A stretch of 64,000 nucleotides of DNA from the human T2T-CHM13v2.0 reference genome, Homo sapiens, in the NCBI RefSeq assembly GCF_009914755.1, contig NC_060928.1; one strand, given 5' to 3'. Of this stretch, positions 46,485 through 59,210 are shown one piece after another. Made by a program: the position numbers and the translations under genes. Position 1 is the stretch's first letter. Each line of letters begins with the position of its first letter. The notes beneath the pieces are model-generated. The model was not told the DNA's origin. It saw nothing but the letters and a program-made list of their open reading frames with translations, and ran no database searches.

Positions 46485-46957
46485 AGCTGCACCATCCATC
46501 GGGGTAACAACCAGCCACATGTAGCTACTGAGCTCTTGAAATATAGCTGCTCCAAATTGTGCTGCATAGTAAAATACATACTGAATTTTAAAGATAAATA
46601 ATAAACTGTTAGTTATTTGAGAAATCTCCAAATTGCTCTCCAGTGGCTGAACTAATTTACATTCCCAATGGATTCATTCACACGCTAAACATCAGCATCA
46701 CACAATATACCTTTGTAACAAGCCTGCACATATACCTCTTCATTCTAAAATAAAGGTTTAAAAAAAGAAATAAAATATCTCATTAATAATTTTTATATTG
46801 ATCACATGTTGAAGTGGTAATATTTTTAATATCCTGAGTTAAATAAAATTTATTATTAAAACTGATTCATCTGTTTCTTTTTACTTTTTAAGTATGGCTT
46901 CTAGAAAACTTTAAATTGCATCTGTAGCTCACATTGTATTTCTATTGGACCTCCCTG
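46485..46957. mobile_element. MER33/MER3-like hAT element containing a small inverted L1 fragment (~46612-46767)
   Basis: agccacatgtagctactgagc.cttgaaat...taaaatacatactgaattt ... ctagaaaactttaaattgcatctgtagctcacattgtatttctattggac. Confidence 0.7.
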
Positions 46958-47241
46958 TTCTAATGTCAGTGTGTTCATGATTAACCACTATTAAGATTAT
47001 GTTCTTTCTGGTAATGTATTGTGTTTGCATGCCTTCTCAGTCACACAAATCGTAATAGCTGACTTACTTCTGTTACTCACAGCCTCATTTACCTAGAGTC
47101 TCTGCTCTTTCTCATCTTTTGTATCATATGGTCATGAAACTAGTTTTCTTAGTTAGTCTCCTTTTGATCATATCACTCCTTTGCCCAGAAATTGAAGAAC
47201 AGGGAAGTCTTAGGCACCGGTGGTGAGAATGTACATTAGTA

Positions 47242-47445
47242 CAGCAAGTCCTCACTTAATAGCATCAATAAGTTATTGGAAACTGTGACTTTACGTTAAA
47301 GGACATACTGTATAACAGAACCAATTTTATCATAGGCTAATTGATATATAAACAGGAGTTAACTTCCTATGGCTTACAGTTTGCAATTTCACTTAAAGTC
47401 ACAGTTTCCAAGAACCTGTCAATGGCATTAAATGAGGAATTGTTA
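47242..47445. mobile_element. TcMar-Tigger MITE (MER6-like) nested in L1MA
   Basis: Long imperfect TIRs cagcaagtcctcacttaa...ttggaaactgtgacttt / aaagtcacagtttccaag...ttaaatgagga; TA flanks. Confidence 0.7.
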
Positions 47446-47661
47446 TATAGTCACTGTGGAAAAGAGAATGAAGGTTCCTCAAGAAATTAAAAATGCAACT
47501 AACATAGGATCCAGCAATCCCATTACTGGAGATATACACAAAGGAAAAGAAATCAGTATGTCAAAGAGATATCTGCTCTTCCATGTTTATTGCAGCACCA
47601 TCCACAATAGCCAAGGTATAGACTCAATCTAAAAGCCCATCTACAGATGATTGAAGAAAAC

Positions 47662-47674
47662 TAGATAGATAGAT

Positions 47675-47728
<54 letters not shown>

Positions 47729-47742
47729 CAGACAGATAGATA
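47662..47742. repeat. (GATA)n tetranucleotide STR with GACA variants
   Basis: Direct reading. Confidence 0.95.
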
Positions 47743-50535
47743 CAATGGAATACTATTCAACCATAAAACGAATGAAATCCTGTCGTTTACAGCAAAATGG
47801 ATAAAGCTGGAGAACATGTCATGTGAACTCAGGCAGATACAGAAAGACAAACACTGCATAATATTATATGTGGAATCTAAAGAAGCTTGTTTCACAGAAG
47901 TAGAGAGTAGAATAGTGGTTACCAGAGGCTGGGAAGAGGTTGGTTGACAAGTACAAAGTTACATTTAGACAGGGAGAATAACTTCTGGTGTTTCTGTTAC
48001 ACAGTAGGGTGACTATAGCAAATAACAATGCAGTGTACAGTCGAAGATATAGTTGAAGAGACTAGAAGATTTTGAATGTTATCACGACAAAGCAATGATA
48101 AATGTTTAAAGTGATAGAAGGTAATTACCCTGATTTGAACATTATAAAATGTATACAAGCATTGAGACATAACATAAGTATGTACAATTACCATATGTTG
48201 ATTATGAATTTAAATTTAAATTTTAAAATAAAAAATAACCTAATGTTTGACACTTTCCAACAAGTAATTATTCCATAGCTCTCCAATACCAATTATGTTA
48301 TTTTCTGGCCATAAACCCATCCAGACCTGCTATGTGCACATGCTGAGCATTTGCACTCACTTGTCTTTGATATGAAATGTTGTTTCCATTATTCTCTCTC
48401 AGTCTATGTCTTTCTTTGTCTTCCACACTCAGTACACAGCTCTCCTTCTCTAAAAAACCTTCCATACTTGACCCTACCCGGCCCTCCAAACCAGGCTCCT
48501 TGATGATCTCTCATATCTCCTTTAATACATTATGTTCATGGCATCAATTTATATTTATTGATAGATGTAGAAAAAATATATATTTCAGACAATCAGCTAT
48601 GTGCATTCCGTTTCCATAATTCATAAATTATCTTAAAGCAGAGTATCATATTTCATAAAATGACAGGGCTATAATGCAGCTAAAAGATTGACTGTTTGTT
48701 TTACTAGTGAGGTAACAAGACTAAAGCTTTTAAGTGACTTATCAGAGTTTACATGTCTAATTAGGAGCAAAAGTGGGACCAGAACTCCCAATGTTCTACT
48801 GGTATTCCTGGAACAAGCCACTTTTACTTTTCTAATTTATTCTGTCTTCCAGCATGTAGGAAATGCCCCCGTATAAATCAGGTAGTCTCAAATGAAGCAC
48901 GAAGAAGCATCAGCAGGAGATAGTGCCCAAAGGAGAGAACATTGAGATTATCAGGATAGGGCAAAGAGCACCAGATCTCCAATGGGGTGATCCCATGGGG
49001 TGAAAAGCAGGCTAGATGATAGGCAAGTGAGTGGGCTTAGAGACAAGGCTCCAATCATAGCAGAGTGGCTGAAGTGCAGTCAAGAAATCTGAAGCAGCTG
49101 AGGCTTAACCACAGTGACTGAGCATGCGCCTTAAGGTTGTGAGGGAAGAGGAAGAAAGATGGCTGCTTAGGGAGCAGACAGGTTACCAGACATGAAACAG
49201 CAAGGTTAATTTCCAGATCCCACCCACTAACCCAGTCAACAGACTATATCACTTATTTTATCCCATCAGTCTTGATAGATAGTCTAGATAGAATGAACCT
49301 AAAGCTTGAATATGTTCAATTAAGGGAACTAAGTAAGATAAAGTTAATATTAAGCTCTGCCCAGAGTTTGCACTTACCGTGTAAGATGATAGAGAGATGG
49401 ATAGATAAGGGGCAACAAAAAAATCCACATGGCACTTGGCTTACAATGTAATGGTTGATTTTCTGCTAAAATGACAATAGCTTCTGGTCAGTTTTCATCT
49501 AGGGTGAAATTGTTTAGATTTTATATAAAATATTTTCTGAAATACCTGTGCCTACTAACTGTCTGCTCCAGTTGCACATTTTGCTAGCTATCACTCCCTA
49601 AAAGTCATTTCATTTCAGAATTGTTTAATTAATGCTAAATCAAGCAGCTAGTATTTTTGGTGTGACACAGAGGTGATGAATTCCTCAAGGGTCTTGCCTG
49701 ACTGACAGCTGTCAACTAGAAATGGATGCATAGAATGAACAATTTGGCAGCATGCATTTTAGCCCTTAGATTGCACTTAATATTTTTAACGTATGGTTGT
49801 TTTACTATTATCTGAATATCTCTACATGATGAAGCTCTTATTGAGGTTTTACCAGCCTCTCGCACTGGGACTTTCTCAGGTCTACAATCAAAAAAAACAC
49901 ATAATAAAATGGCTTTTTCTACTGTTGAAAATGGTGATTGTGAATAGATTCAGAAACGTGGACAGAAGCCCTCAAGTGTCATTACCCAGTTTTAAAACAT
50001 GATGCTGAAAAAAAGAAAGTCGTGGTTTATTTCCGTCATGGTAGGATGAAAAAGCTGCAAGATTACTGTGGATGTGTATAGTGCAAACAGGTTAACAATG
50101 CTTGTTTGGTTTGACTCACTAGGTTGGTTCGAGAAGTAATTTTCAAATAGAAGGTTTTGTTATTCAAAGAGCCTCAACGAGGTTTTAAGAAGAGATTCAA
50201 AGATAAGAAAGGGTATCAGCCTCTATTAGCCTATGTCGAGGGCAGAAACCCCTGACATGCTCAGCCAAGTGGAGGCGTTGACATCACAGATTCTATTGGG
50301 CCCAGAGTGCAAGTTTATAATTGAACAATATAGGCAGGAAGTGAAGGCTAAGAACATACACCATCTGTTTGTTTTTAAAACTCTTTAATATGTGTCTTCA
50401 AACTGCAAAACAAGAGAATGAGAAAACACACTTTAATTCAAATCTTAATAAGAATTCTATTTCAGTAATCTGGTAAAAATAATAATAATAATAATAATAC
50501 CTAAACATTACTGAGGGGAGTCTTTTGCTGCAATG

Positions 50536-50713
50536 CAGTGGTTCTCAACCAGGAGCGATTTTGTCCTTCAGGAACATTTGCCAACGGCTGGAGACACCTT
50601 TAATTGTCGCAACTGGAGAGTGCTACAGGCATCCAATGGGTGGAGGCCAGGGAGGCCACTAAACGTTCTACAATGTAAAGGACAGCCTCTCACAATAAGG
50701 AATTCTCCAGCCC
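50536..50713. mobile_element. MER20 (hAT-Charlie)
   Basis: cagtggttctcaacc.ggagcgattttg...acatttg.caa.g.ctggagaca...ggcatcca.tgggtggaggccaggga.g..ctaaac.ttctacaatg...aggacagcc. Confidence 0.85.
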
Positions 50714-52299
50714 ATAGTAGAAACAGTACCTGCCTCAATGTATGGCCAGGGTGTGCTATATTCACTTTTGGGTTTTGCCACCAAAATACTTCTATAAAAC
50801 TAATATGCCAGATTCACTGTCTTTGCCAAAAATAAGACAGAAGTGACACCCTGAGAAAACAAACCATGAAAATTATTCATTCAGATGAATATCTATTTTA
50901 GTAAAACCTAATAGATTCTTAATAAAATGAGAGGTGATTTGGAAATTTTGCCCTGATAATTTGAGATATTAAAAATACATTGTTAACGAGTACTTCCTGG
51001 CTACCCGCCCACTAATTGTATGTATCTGTGATATTCGCTCAGGCAAAATTTTCAAAGTTTGCAAAATAACATCAGAATGATTTTGAAGACCTCTGTATCA
51101 ACAGCTTACTTTTTGTTGACAATTCCCAAAGCAAGTTCTTCAATTTTACTATTAAGAAGCTTCTTATGGGTCCCCCTTCTGAAACTGCCCTTGACACGTT
51201 CCACAGCATCCTTCCAAAAAACTACTATTTCTAAATAAATTTAAAAAAATCCATGAACCACTCACATAATAATCTTAAAATACTTCAAGTATTATTAAAA
51301 ATAGTGAACATTTTATGGGACTAAATTCAGTTAACCATAAGCATGTCCATCAAAAGAACAGTGTCTTCACTAAATCTACTACTAAATGAATAAGGGTTTG
51401 TGAAGATTTCTATATTAAAATTCTTCTTTCATGGAATTAATTATATTTATGGAGGGAGGAAGCAGTGTTAGTATAACCTTTTAGCCCTCATTTAGAAATA
51501 GGCTTATTATATTGAAGTCAATGATATACAGATATGTAATTCAAGCAGATTCTACATGTATATCTACGAGTAGGGAGCATTAACCTCAAAAATAAATTCC
51601 TCATGTCAAAGGGCTACTACTCACTTGTTCCAGAAATTCATTAGCAAGTTGAAAAATAAGAATGACCCAGTCTTGTTAAAAGAAAATGCAGTCTACAGAA
51701 ATGTTCATTGCATTTTCATACTTTTCCCCCCACTGGTCCAATAATAAAAATCATCATATGAATGACTGACACTTAGTAATCACCTATAATGCAGTAGGAC
51801 CTACACCCCTCACTATGCCCTGTGCTGGCCATCACAGCTACCTTGCTGCATACATATTTTGCTCCAGAAAAGCAAGGCTCAGCCAAGAGTCAGCACCTGC
51901 ATAACTCTAAAGTCACAGGGGACCTACAATTCAAACCCAGGCCAGCTTTGCTCCAGGACATCCACTGACATGTCATGGTCTCCATTGTAGCAAAATTCAC
52001 AAGTTCAAAAGGATTTTAAGTTGTTTTATTCCTTTGTATTCTTCTTTCAACAATATCCTATTGTTCGAATTCCCAAACTCAAACAGTTTATAAACGATTG
52101 CTGTAGTTAGACTTTAATTCCTGTCCCACAGTTAATTCCACAAAGGCATTTTGCCCTGTGTAATTCCATTCTTTTCCTATTCCTGTGTCATTAGGGGAAA
52201 AAATATGTTTTTGCTTATGAGATATCTCTAGCTCAATTTCTTTCTGGTAGTGTGTCTTTGATCAGTTCAGACATTTCTCAGACTTCGTATACGCCCTCG

Positions 52300-52646
52300 T
52301 TTGTAGATAGCGTTATGTGTTCTCTGAAACTTTTTATTGCTTTTCAGCTTTGTGTGTGTGTGTGTGTGTGTGCACGCGCACGCGTGCGTGTGTGTAAAGA
52401 AGGAGATTAGGACATTTAGAGAAGGAGGGCGGGGAGGAGAGATCCTGAGAATAGAAAGGAGGAAAGAAAAAAAGAGGAATGGAAAGAGACAGAGAAAGGA
52501 AATGGGAGTGGAAGGAGGGAGGACTGCTTTGTAACTGCTAAGATTGCAGACAGAAATAGCACACAACCACTGTGAGCTGTATGCGATTCAGAAACCAAGA
52601 CCAAATTTTGCTCACTTTCATTAATCAGTTGCTCAGATAGAAGGAA
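52300..52646 (+). promoter_or_regulatory. RXFP1: Putative RXFP1 proximal promoter / 5'UTR
   Basis: Immediately upstream of the ATG; local CpG cluster, GC box gggcgggg at 52427-52434, purine-rich tract. TSS cannot be determined from sequence. Confidence 0.7.
52351..52396. repeat. (TG)11 plus CA/CG alternating purine-pyrimidine tract
   Basis: tgtg...tgcacgcgcacgcgtgcgtgtgtgta, 46 nt of unbroken YR alternation. Confidence 0.9.
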
Positions 52647-52695
52647 ATGACATCTGGTTCTGTCTTCTTCTACATCTTAATTTTTGGAAAATATT
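52647..52695 (+). CDS. RXFP1: Relaxin family peptide receptor 1 (LGR7), first coding exon (signal peptide, 49 nt)
   Basis: ATG ACA TCT GGT TCT GTC TTC TTC TAC ATC TTA ATT TTT GGA AAA TAT T = MTSGSVFFYILIFGKY-(F), matching the human RXFP1 N-terminus as I know it; followed by donor gtaagt at 52696. Confidence 0.95.
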
Positions 52696-55600
52696 GTAAG
52701 TATGCTCAGTATCTAATTTTGTATACCTTAGTATTTTGTGGAATAACCACAAGCACAAATGTTTACTCCTTATATTTATGCTTTTAAGATAAAATGCACT
52801 TGCTGATAAAATTGTAATCTCACTTCAGAATTGTTCTTCTTAGTATATGTCTGGTATTTGTATTAAAGACCATAATATCTTATCATAGTCAATAGTGAAG
52901 CAAGACTGATGTGCCGTGTAAACCTAGGCTTCATAATAACCAATTCATATAATTGATATTATAAGCAACATTATAATATTTAAAGAGTAGTAATTCTTAA
53001 ACTGTATTCAAGGAATATATTCATTGAAAACTCCTAGGAAAGTTCTCACATTTGTGCCAGTTTCTGTATAGTTGTAATGCTCTGTCGCCCTTATTCTTTG
53101 TCATTTGCTATCATAGGTGTGCTTCTGGGCAGGGAGATGCATTCATAAAACTCTTTTTATTTAGCAAGGTTTATCACTGTTCCTTGAAAGAAAAACAAGG
53201 GAAAGCACAAAGCAATGAAAAACATAGGCACAAAAGAAGCTCCAAATGGGCATGTTATTTTTACTATAATGACAAATTTTGTTTTCTCTGTGTGTGCTAT
53301 GGTTTATTTTTCAGAAAATCTTTTTTAAATTCAAGGGAAACAGTTGTTGTGTGTTAAGCTCCATTTGAATTATAGTATGTAGACAGAAATAAAGTGTTTT
53401 TGTTTCTTAGGTAATAAATGATGAAAAAGTCAAAGCCAAACCAAGAACAAAACTTTCTGGGTATCTTTAATACTTTATGATTCCGGGAATGTGGGCTTTT
53501 ACTAATTTAGAAATTAACAAGCCTTTTTATAGTCCTGTGTCTCTTAAAAGTTTGCATAAGTTTTGTTAACTCTGAGCTCTTCTATTAAGGAATGTCTCAG
53601 GGTAACTTTCAATCCTGACTCTCCCAATTGTAATATGTCAAAGTGATTATATCTTCCTTTTCCTCCTTCTTTCCTCCTTCCCTCTGCTCCATCGCATCTA
53701 AAGTTAAAGGACAGCATCAAAACCACAGAAACTATTCAGAATCCTGGGGAAATATTCTAGTCCTAGCCTTCTCCATCTCTAATCTTGATTACTGACAGTC
53801 CTATTTTTTAACTGAAGGGAAAACAATAAATTGCAAACCACCATAAAAAATGTAATGTTTCTAATTATAATTGCATGTTTAAACTACCAGAGCTTTTGAC
53901 ATTTGTGGCCAACAGCTTCAAAAATTAATGCCATATTTTACCATCCCTATTCCATTTCAATGAAATGAATAGATTAAATAAGCCAGAGGAATATTTCCAA
54001 AATAGTCTTTCTAGTATGAAGAATTTAAGGGTATATAAAAGGTGTTTAGGGCAGGTTGGGAAGCAACTTTGGCCACTGTGTTACCAGTCATTTCAGGTTA
54101 GGAAAAAAATTCCATGTTTACCTGTACCCTTTTGTTAATAAATTATTTTCATGAGCAGAAAATAATAATGATGGTGGTGATGATGATGCCAAAACCCTCT
54201 GTCTCTTTAAATTTAACTTCTCTTTTGATTCAAAAGAAAATTTGGGAGTGTAGTGTAAGTTGAGAGCTCCAAGTTCTCATCCTTCCACGCCTTCCCCAGG
54301 AAATGAGGGCATAAACATTTGCAGCAAAGTTTGGCAAGGCAATTCCTCGCTACATGGTATTAACTGCATGTTAGGGTGGGGGAACACTTGTCAGGGACGC
54401 CCTGAAATAGCACCCACAGCCGTGGCTCACCTTGAGTTTAGCCCCTCACCCAGGCCCCACCTAAGTGAGAATTTCCTGGGCACATAGCAATGGAAATCAA
54501 CAGCCACACATAAGGACAAATTCTTAAACCTCTGTAAATGCCCCATGGTTGTTGTTTCTTTGTGTGTTTTCTTTGTTTTGTTTTGTTTTTATATCCACTT
54601 TCCTGTAACGGGAAAGGCGATGTGATATCATGGAAGACACCTAACCTAAGACGCTTAGCTGCACTACCATGTACCGGTTCTGTGGTTTTCAGCAAATGAT
54701 TTACCTCTTCTGAGCATGTGAAATGGCAATCAAATCCTTTACCCTGTCTACCTTTCAGAAACCCTGTGTTCCATTCTTTATTACAAAAATTACTTCCTGA
54801 ATCTTCACAACAACTCTATTATGTGGATACAATTAAGCACACGAGGTAGGACATTCAGTGCCTTGTCACAAGACTCCAGCTAATAAATGCCAAGATTGGA
54901 ATGCTTTCAGAGCCCGTGCTCTCTCCCCTAGACCATGATAATTCTCAGTAGCCATAATGTGTATAAATGGGCTTTGAAAACTATAAAGCCCGTTACAGAC
55001 GTAAGCAACTATTAGTCATCCTTTCAACCAAAAATACCTATGCATGCCAGAGCAGTGACCATGCTTTATTCACCTACCTTGTTAAAGTAAGCATGGTCCC
55101 TGCTCTAAAGGGATAGGATGGAGAAGACGGCACGTTGATCTAGAATTCAATTCAATAAGACAAGTGCAAAAATTGAGGTCCACACAAACAGAGGTGACAT
55201 TAAGACTTAGAAAAGATTTCCTTTTAGCCTTGAGAATTTTTCATTCTTTAAAAATCCTTCTGTCCATAGTCTAATTAATTGTATTGTGCCAATGTTAATT
55301 TTTTAGTTTTGTAATGTACTAAATTTATGTAAGATTAAGGAAAGCTGGGTGAAAGGTGTATGGGACCTCTCTATACTATTTTTTCAACTTCTTGTAAGTA
55401 TATATTTCAAAATCCGTGGTTAAAAAACAATCCCCAGGACAACTTGTATTATAAGTTCTTATCAGAAAATGCTGTATTATTTCTTAAATGATATCACTAA
55501 GCAAAACAATTCTTTTACTTAATGTTTTAGATAGGCAGGAAACAAGTGAAGATATAGGAAATAGAAGGAGTTCAAACATAAGCTTGATCCACTTTAGTAT

Positions 55601-56349
55601 TTTGCCAAGGACCGGCCCAGCTTAGTAAGGTCTTCTCTTTCAGACTCCTAGAGACACTTACCAGGCTACCTGGCCTTTGCTTTGGATCCCAGCACTGGCA
55701 TAACTTGTAACAGATTTTTTCTGTAACTATGAAGAAGAGAAAAGGAAGAGACAATTCCAGAACAGACCATTAGCTTGGTTAGTACGTGGAAAAAGAGAAT
55801 GTTCGCATATTTATCCAATTCCAAAAGATGGGAGAATAAACATACCAATATGCAGACCACAGAGGTATACTGTGTCCCACCTTATACTTTGGCGGGGGGG
55901 GGGTTGGGTTTTTTTTTTAATTTGTATAAATTTATGGGGCATGAGTGCAATTTGGTACATGCCTAGATTGCATCGTGGTCAAGTCAGGACTTTTAGGGTA
56001 ACATGCGTGGTACCAATTAAATAACTTCTCACCACCTTATATTGTGGAGGCTGCTGACAATTTTGTGTTGTTTTTACTACATATTTTGAATCATATTTTT
56101 AAGTTTCAAATGGAAGGAAAATTAATGAATCTGTGCAAATGCACCCTGATCTACATAAAGGGAAATTATTATGTTTATGAACTAAATAGTCTTTCAAGTA
56201 CAATTTCACACATTAGTACAAACTTGTTAAACTAAAATGCCTGGAGTTGAGTATTCTAGTTAGGTTTAACTTTCTGTCTGAAAAACTGTAAGCATTTAGA
56301 CCATTTGATTTCAATCCTTATATTTATGGGTGTAGTTGTTTTTCTATTT

Positions 56350-56570
56350 CCCATTTATTGAGAGGTCTCCATGGATGAGGAACAATGTAAGTGCTTTACA
56401 AACATGATCTTATTTTATTCCTATAATAACCCTATGAGATATTCTTGCTTTACAAAATAGGAAACAGAGAATGAGAAATATTTGGTAGCATTCCTGGCAC
56501 CACTTCTTAGTAATGTTACAAAGGAGATTTGAATCCAAGTCTATCTCCTTAAAAAGCCTATGCTATTAAA
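56350..56570 (-). mobile_element. MIR SINE
   Basis: ccatttattgag...aagtgctttaca...aaccctatgag...gaaacagag...gatttgaatccaagtct. Confidence 0.65.
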
Positions 56571-57889
56571 CATGATTCAATTCTAACACTTTCTTAAATT
56601 ATAATATAGAATTTAAAGTGACCTTAACAGACCCCTGACCTAGCTCACTGGCCTTCAAGCAAGTTAGATCTTTCTCTATTTTAGATATTAATCCATAAAG
56701 AAATATTAGCCAGCCCAAGGTCTCAGAGCTGGTAAATCCAGGGCTTCCACCACCTACGGTGAGGGCCTCCCCATCCAAGGCAAGTTTAACAAATCCATGC
56801 TAGGCGTTTATATATCTCCTCTAATGAGCTGGTGCTATCTGCTTTGTATACATTCCTCAGTGTACACCAACAACTGATGAATTAGTATATGTAAATAATT
56901 TGAATATATAGAAAGCACTTTTGTTTGCAGCACATGAAACTTAGCTATACATACAGCAAGTGCCAATAAATATTGACTTAATTCCTACATTAGTTTACCT
57001 CTCCCTCCTCCTGGATATTTTATTAGCCCCACAACCCCAACAGCTCTATTTCCTGCCTATGTGTAGTGATCCCATACTCTTTCATCTTTTTAAATTCTAC
57101 AGCTTCATCTATTTCTGTGATCAGAGCAACAAGGACCCAACACTAAACCAAAAGCTCTTTCCTTCTTTGGAGATAAGCAGGGGCAAGTTGTGAATATTTC
57201 AAATTTAGGTTTTGTTCTCTATCACAACAAAAATAAATGTCAAATGGAAAAAGGACAGTGTAAAGTGAGATATCATGTTGTTCATGTTAGAACTTGGTAT
57301 TTTCCTACTAAATAACTGTATTTTATAGCAACCTGGATATTATTAGATTTGTTGTTAAATAGATTCATTTTATAATTATTTCAATACTACCTAAATTAAC
57401 TGGGTCTCCTTATTTCTTCAATATTTTATGATAATGAATATGCCTTTTGGAAATCATCAATGTTTTCAAAAAATTTCTGAGAGTTAATCTTTGGGAACGG
57501 TACTCTTGGGACTTTTCACCAGCTGGTCTAGGCCACCTGGAGCCCTTGCCTCTGGCCATTGTGCCAGCAACTCTCTCCACCTCTCTCTCCCCATCATTCT
57601 TCCTCAACTCCTCCTCCCATGTTGCTCCAGGAACTCAAGTTCTCATTGAGTTCCTATGCAGATGGACACAGCTCTGTCTCCTTAGCTCCTGTTTCCAAAT
57701 GCAGTCCTAGGTCTACATTTAGACAGGGTGCTCAGTTGAACCAAAATGTTACCCACATGATTAGCTACAAATGAAACAGCAGGTAATCTGATACATTCTT
57801 TAATAGTAAGATTCACACTTAAAAAAACAAAAAGCTGTTGAGATTTTAAATAATTTTTTTGTTAGAGGATTGAGTATCCACTTGAACTA

Positions 57890-58279
<390 letters not shown>

Positions 58280-58891
58280 CTGTTGCCTCCTACTAATCTT
58301 TTCCCTTGGTTCTCATCTAATTCATTTAAGGAAAAATGAAGTTTCTTTTTCCACTTCCCACAGTCTGATCCTCAAGTAAATTGCTATTACTTAGACAGTT
58401 TCTACTTAATGTTGCTCAAGTACTATTTTTAATTTCAGTTTCATAAAATCAGACTTTTTTGAGTTGGAAGGCAAGGTAAAGCTATAAAGGACAACATCCT
58501 CATTTTTCACATAGAAAGAAACTAAGGCCATATAGCTGTGTTCCCTTTAGTTTTCAGCTGTCTTATTCTTAACTCACTTTTAAAAGTGGGTCTCCAAATT
58601 TCATATGTAGGACAAAAAGGGCAAGAAATATCAAAAGGGTAAAATATCACTTGAAAATAGAAAGAACCTAGACAGAAATTGTTAAAATAAATTTATTATC
58701 TACCAAAATCCTAGCATCAATGATTAAGACTTTGCCAATACACTAAGCTAGTATAATCCCTCTTCACATACCTACCTTGTGGAAAAACATTTAAATCATT
58801 CTCACAACCAAGGAGAGAAAGGTTCTCATTGCACCTGTACATCACCATGTTTGCAGCCAGGCCCAGAGGAATTTTAATGAAAGGGACTTTA

Positions 58892-59210
<319 letters not shown>

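Larger units (their letters stand above)
47200..48237 (+). mobile_element. L1MA-like 3' end
   Basis: gatccagcaatcccattactgg...caaagagatatctgc...agtagagagtagaatagtggttaccagaggctggg...A-rich end. Confidence 0.85.

Noticed and set aside
52267-52604. Longer ORFs overlapping the RXFP1 promoter on both strands
   Set aside because: Translations of microsatellite and purine tracts (VCVC, THTH, KE-rich); only the short ATG-initiated uORFs were kept.
55891-55908. G-run (ggcggggggggggttggg) as a functional G-quadruplex
   Set aside because: Adjoins the T-tract of an old L1 fragment; no further support.
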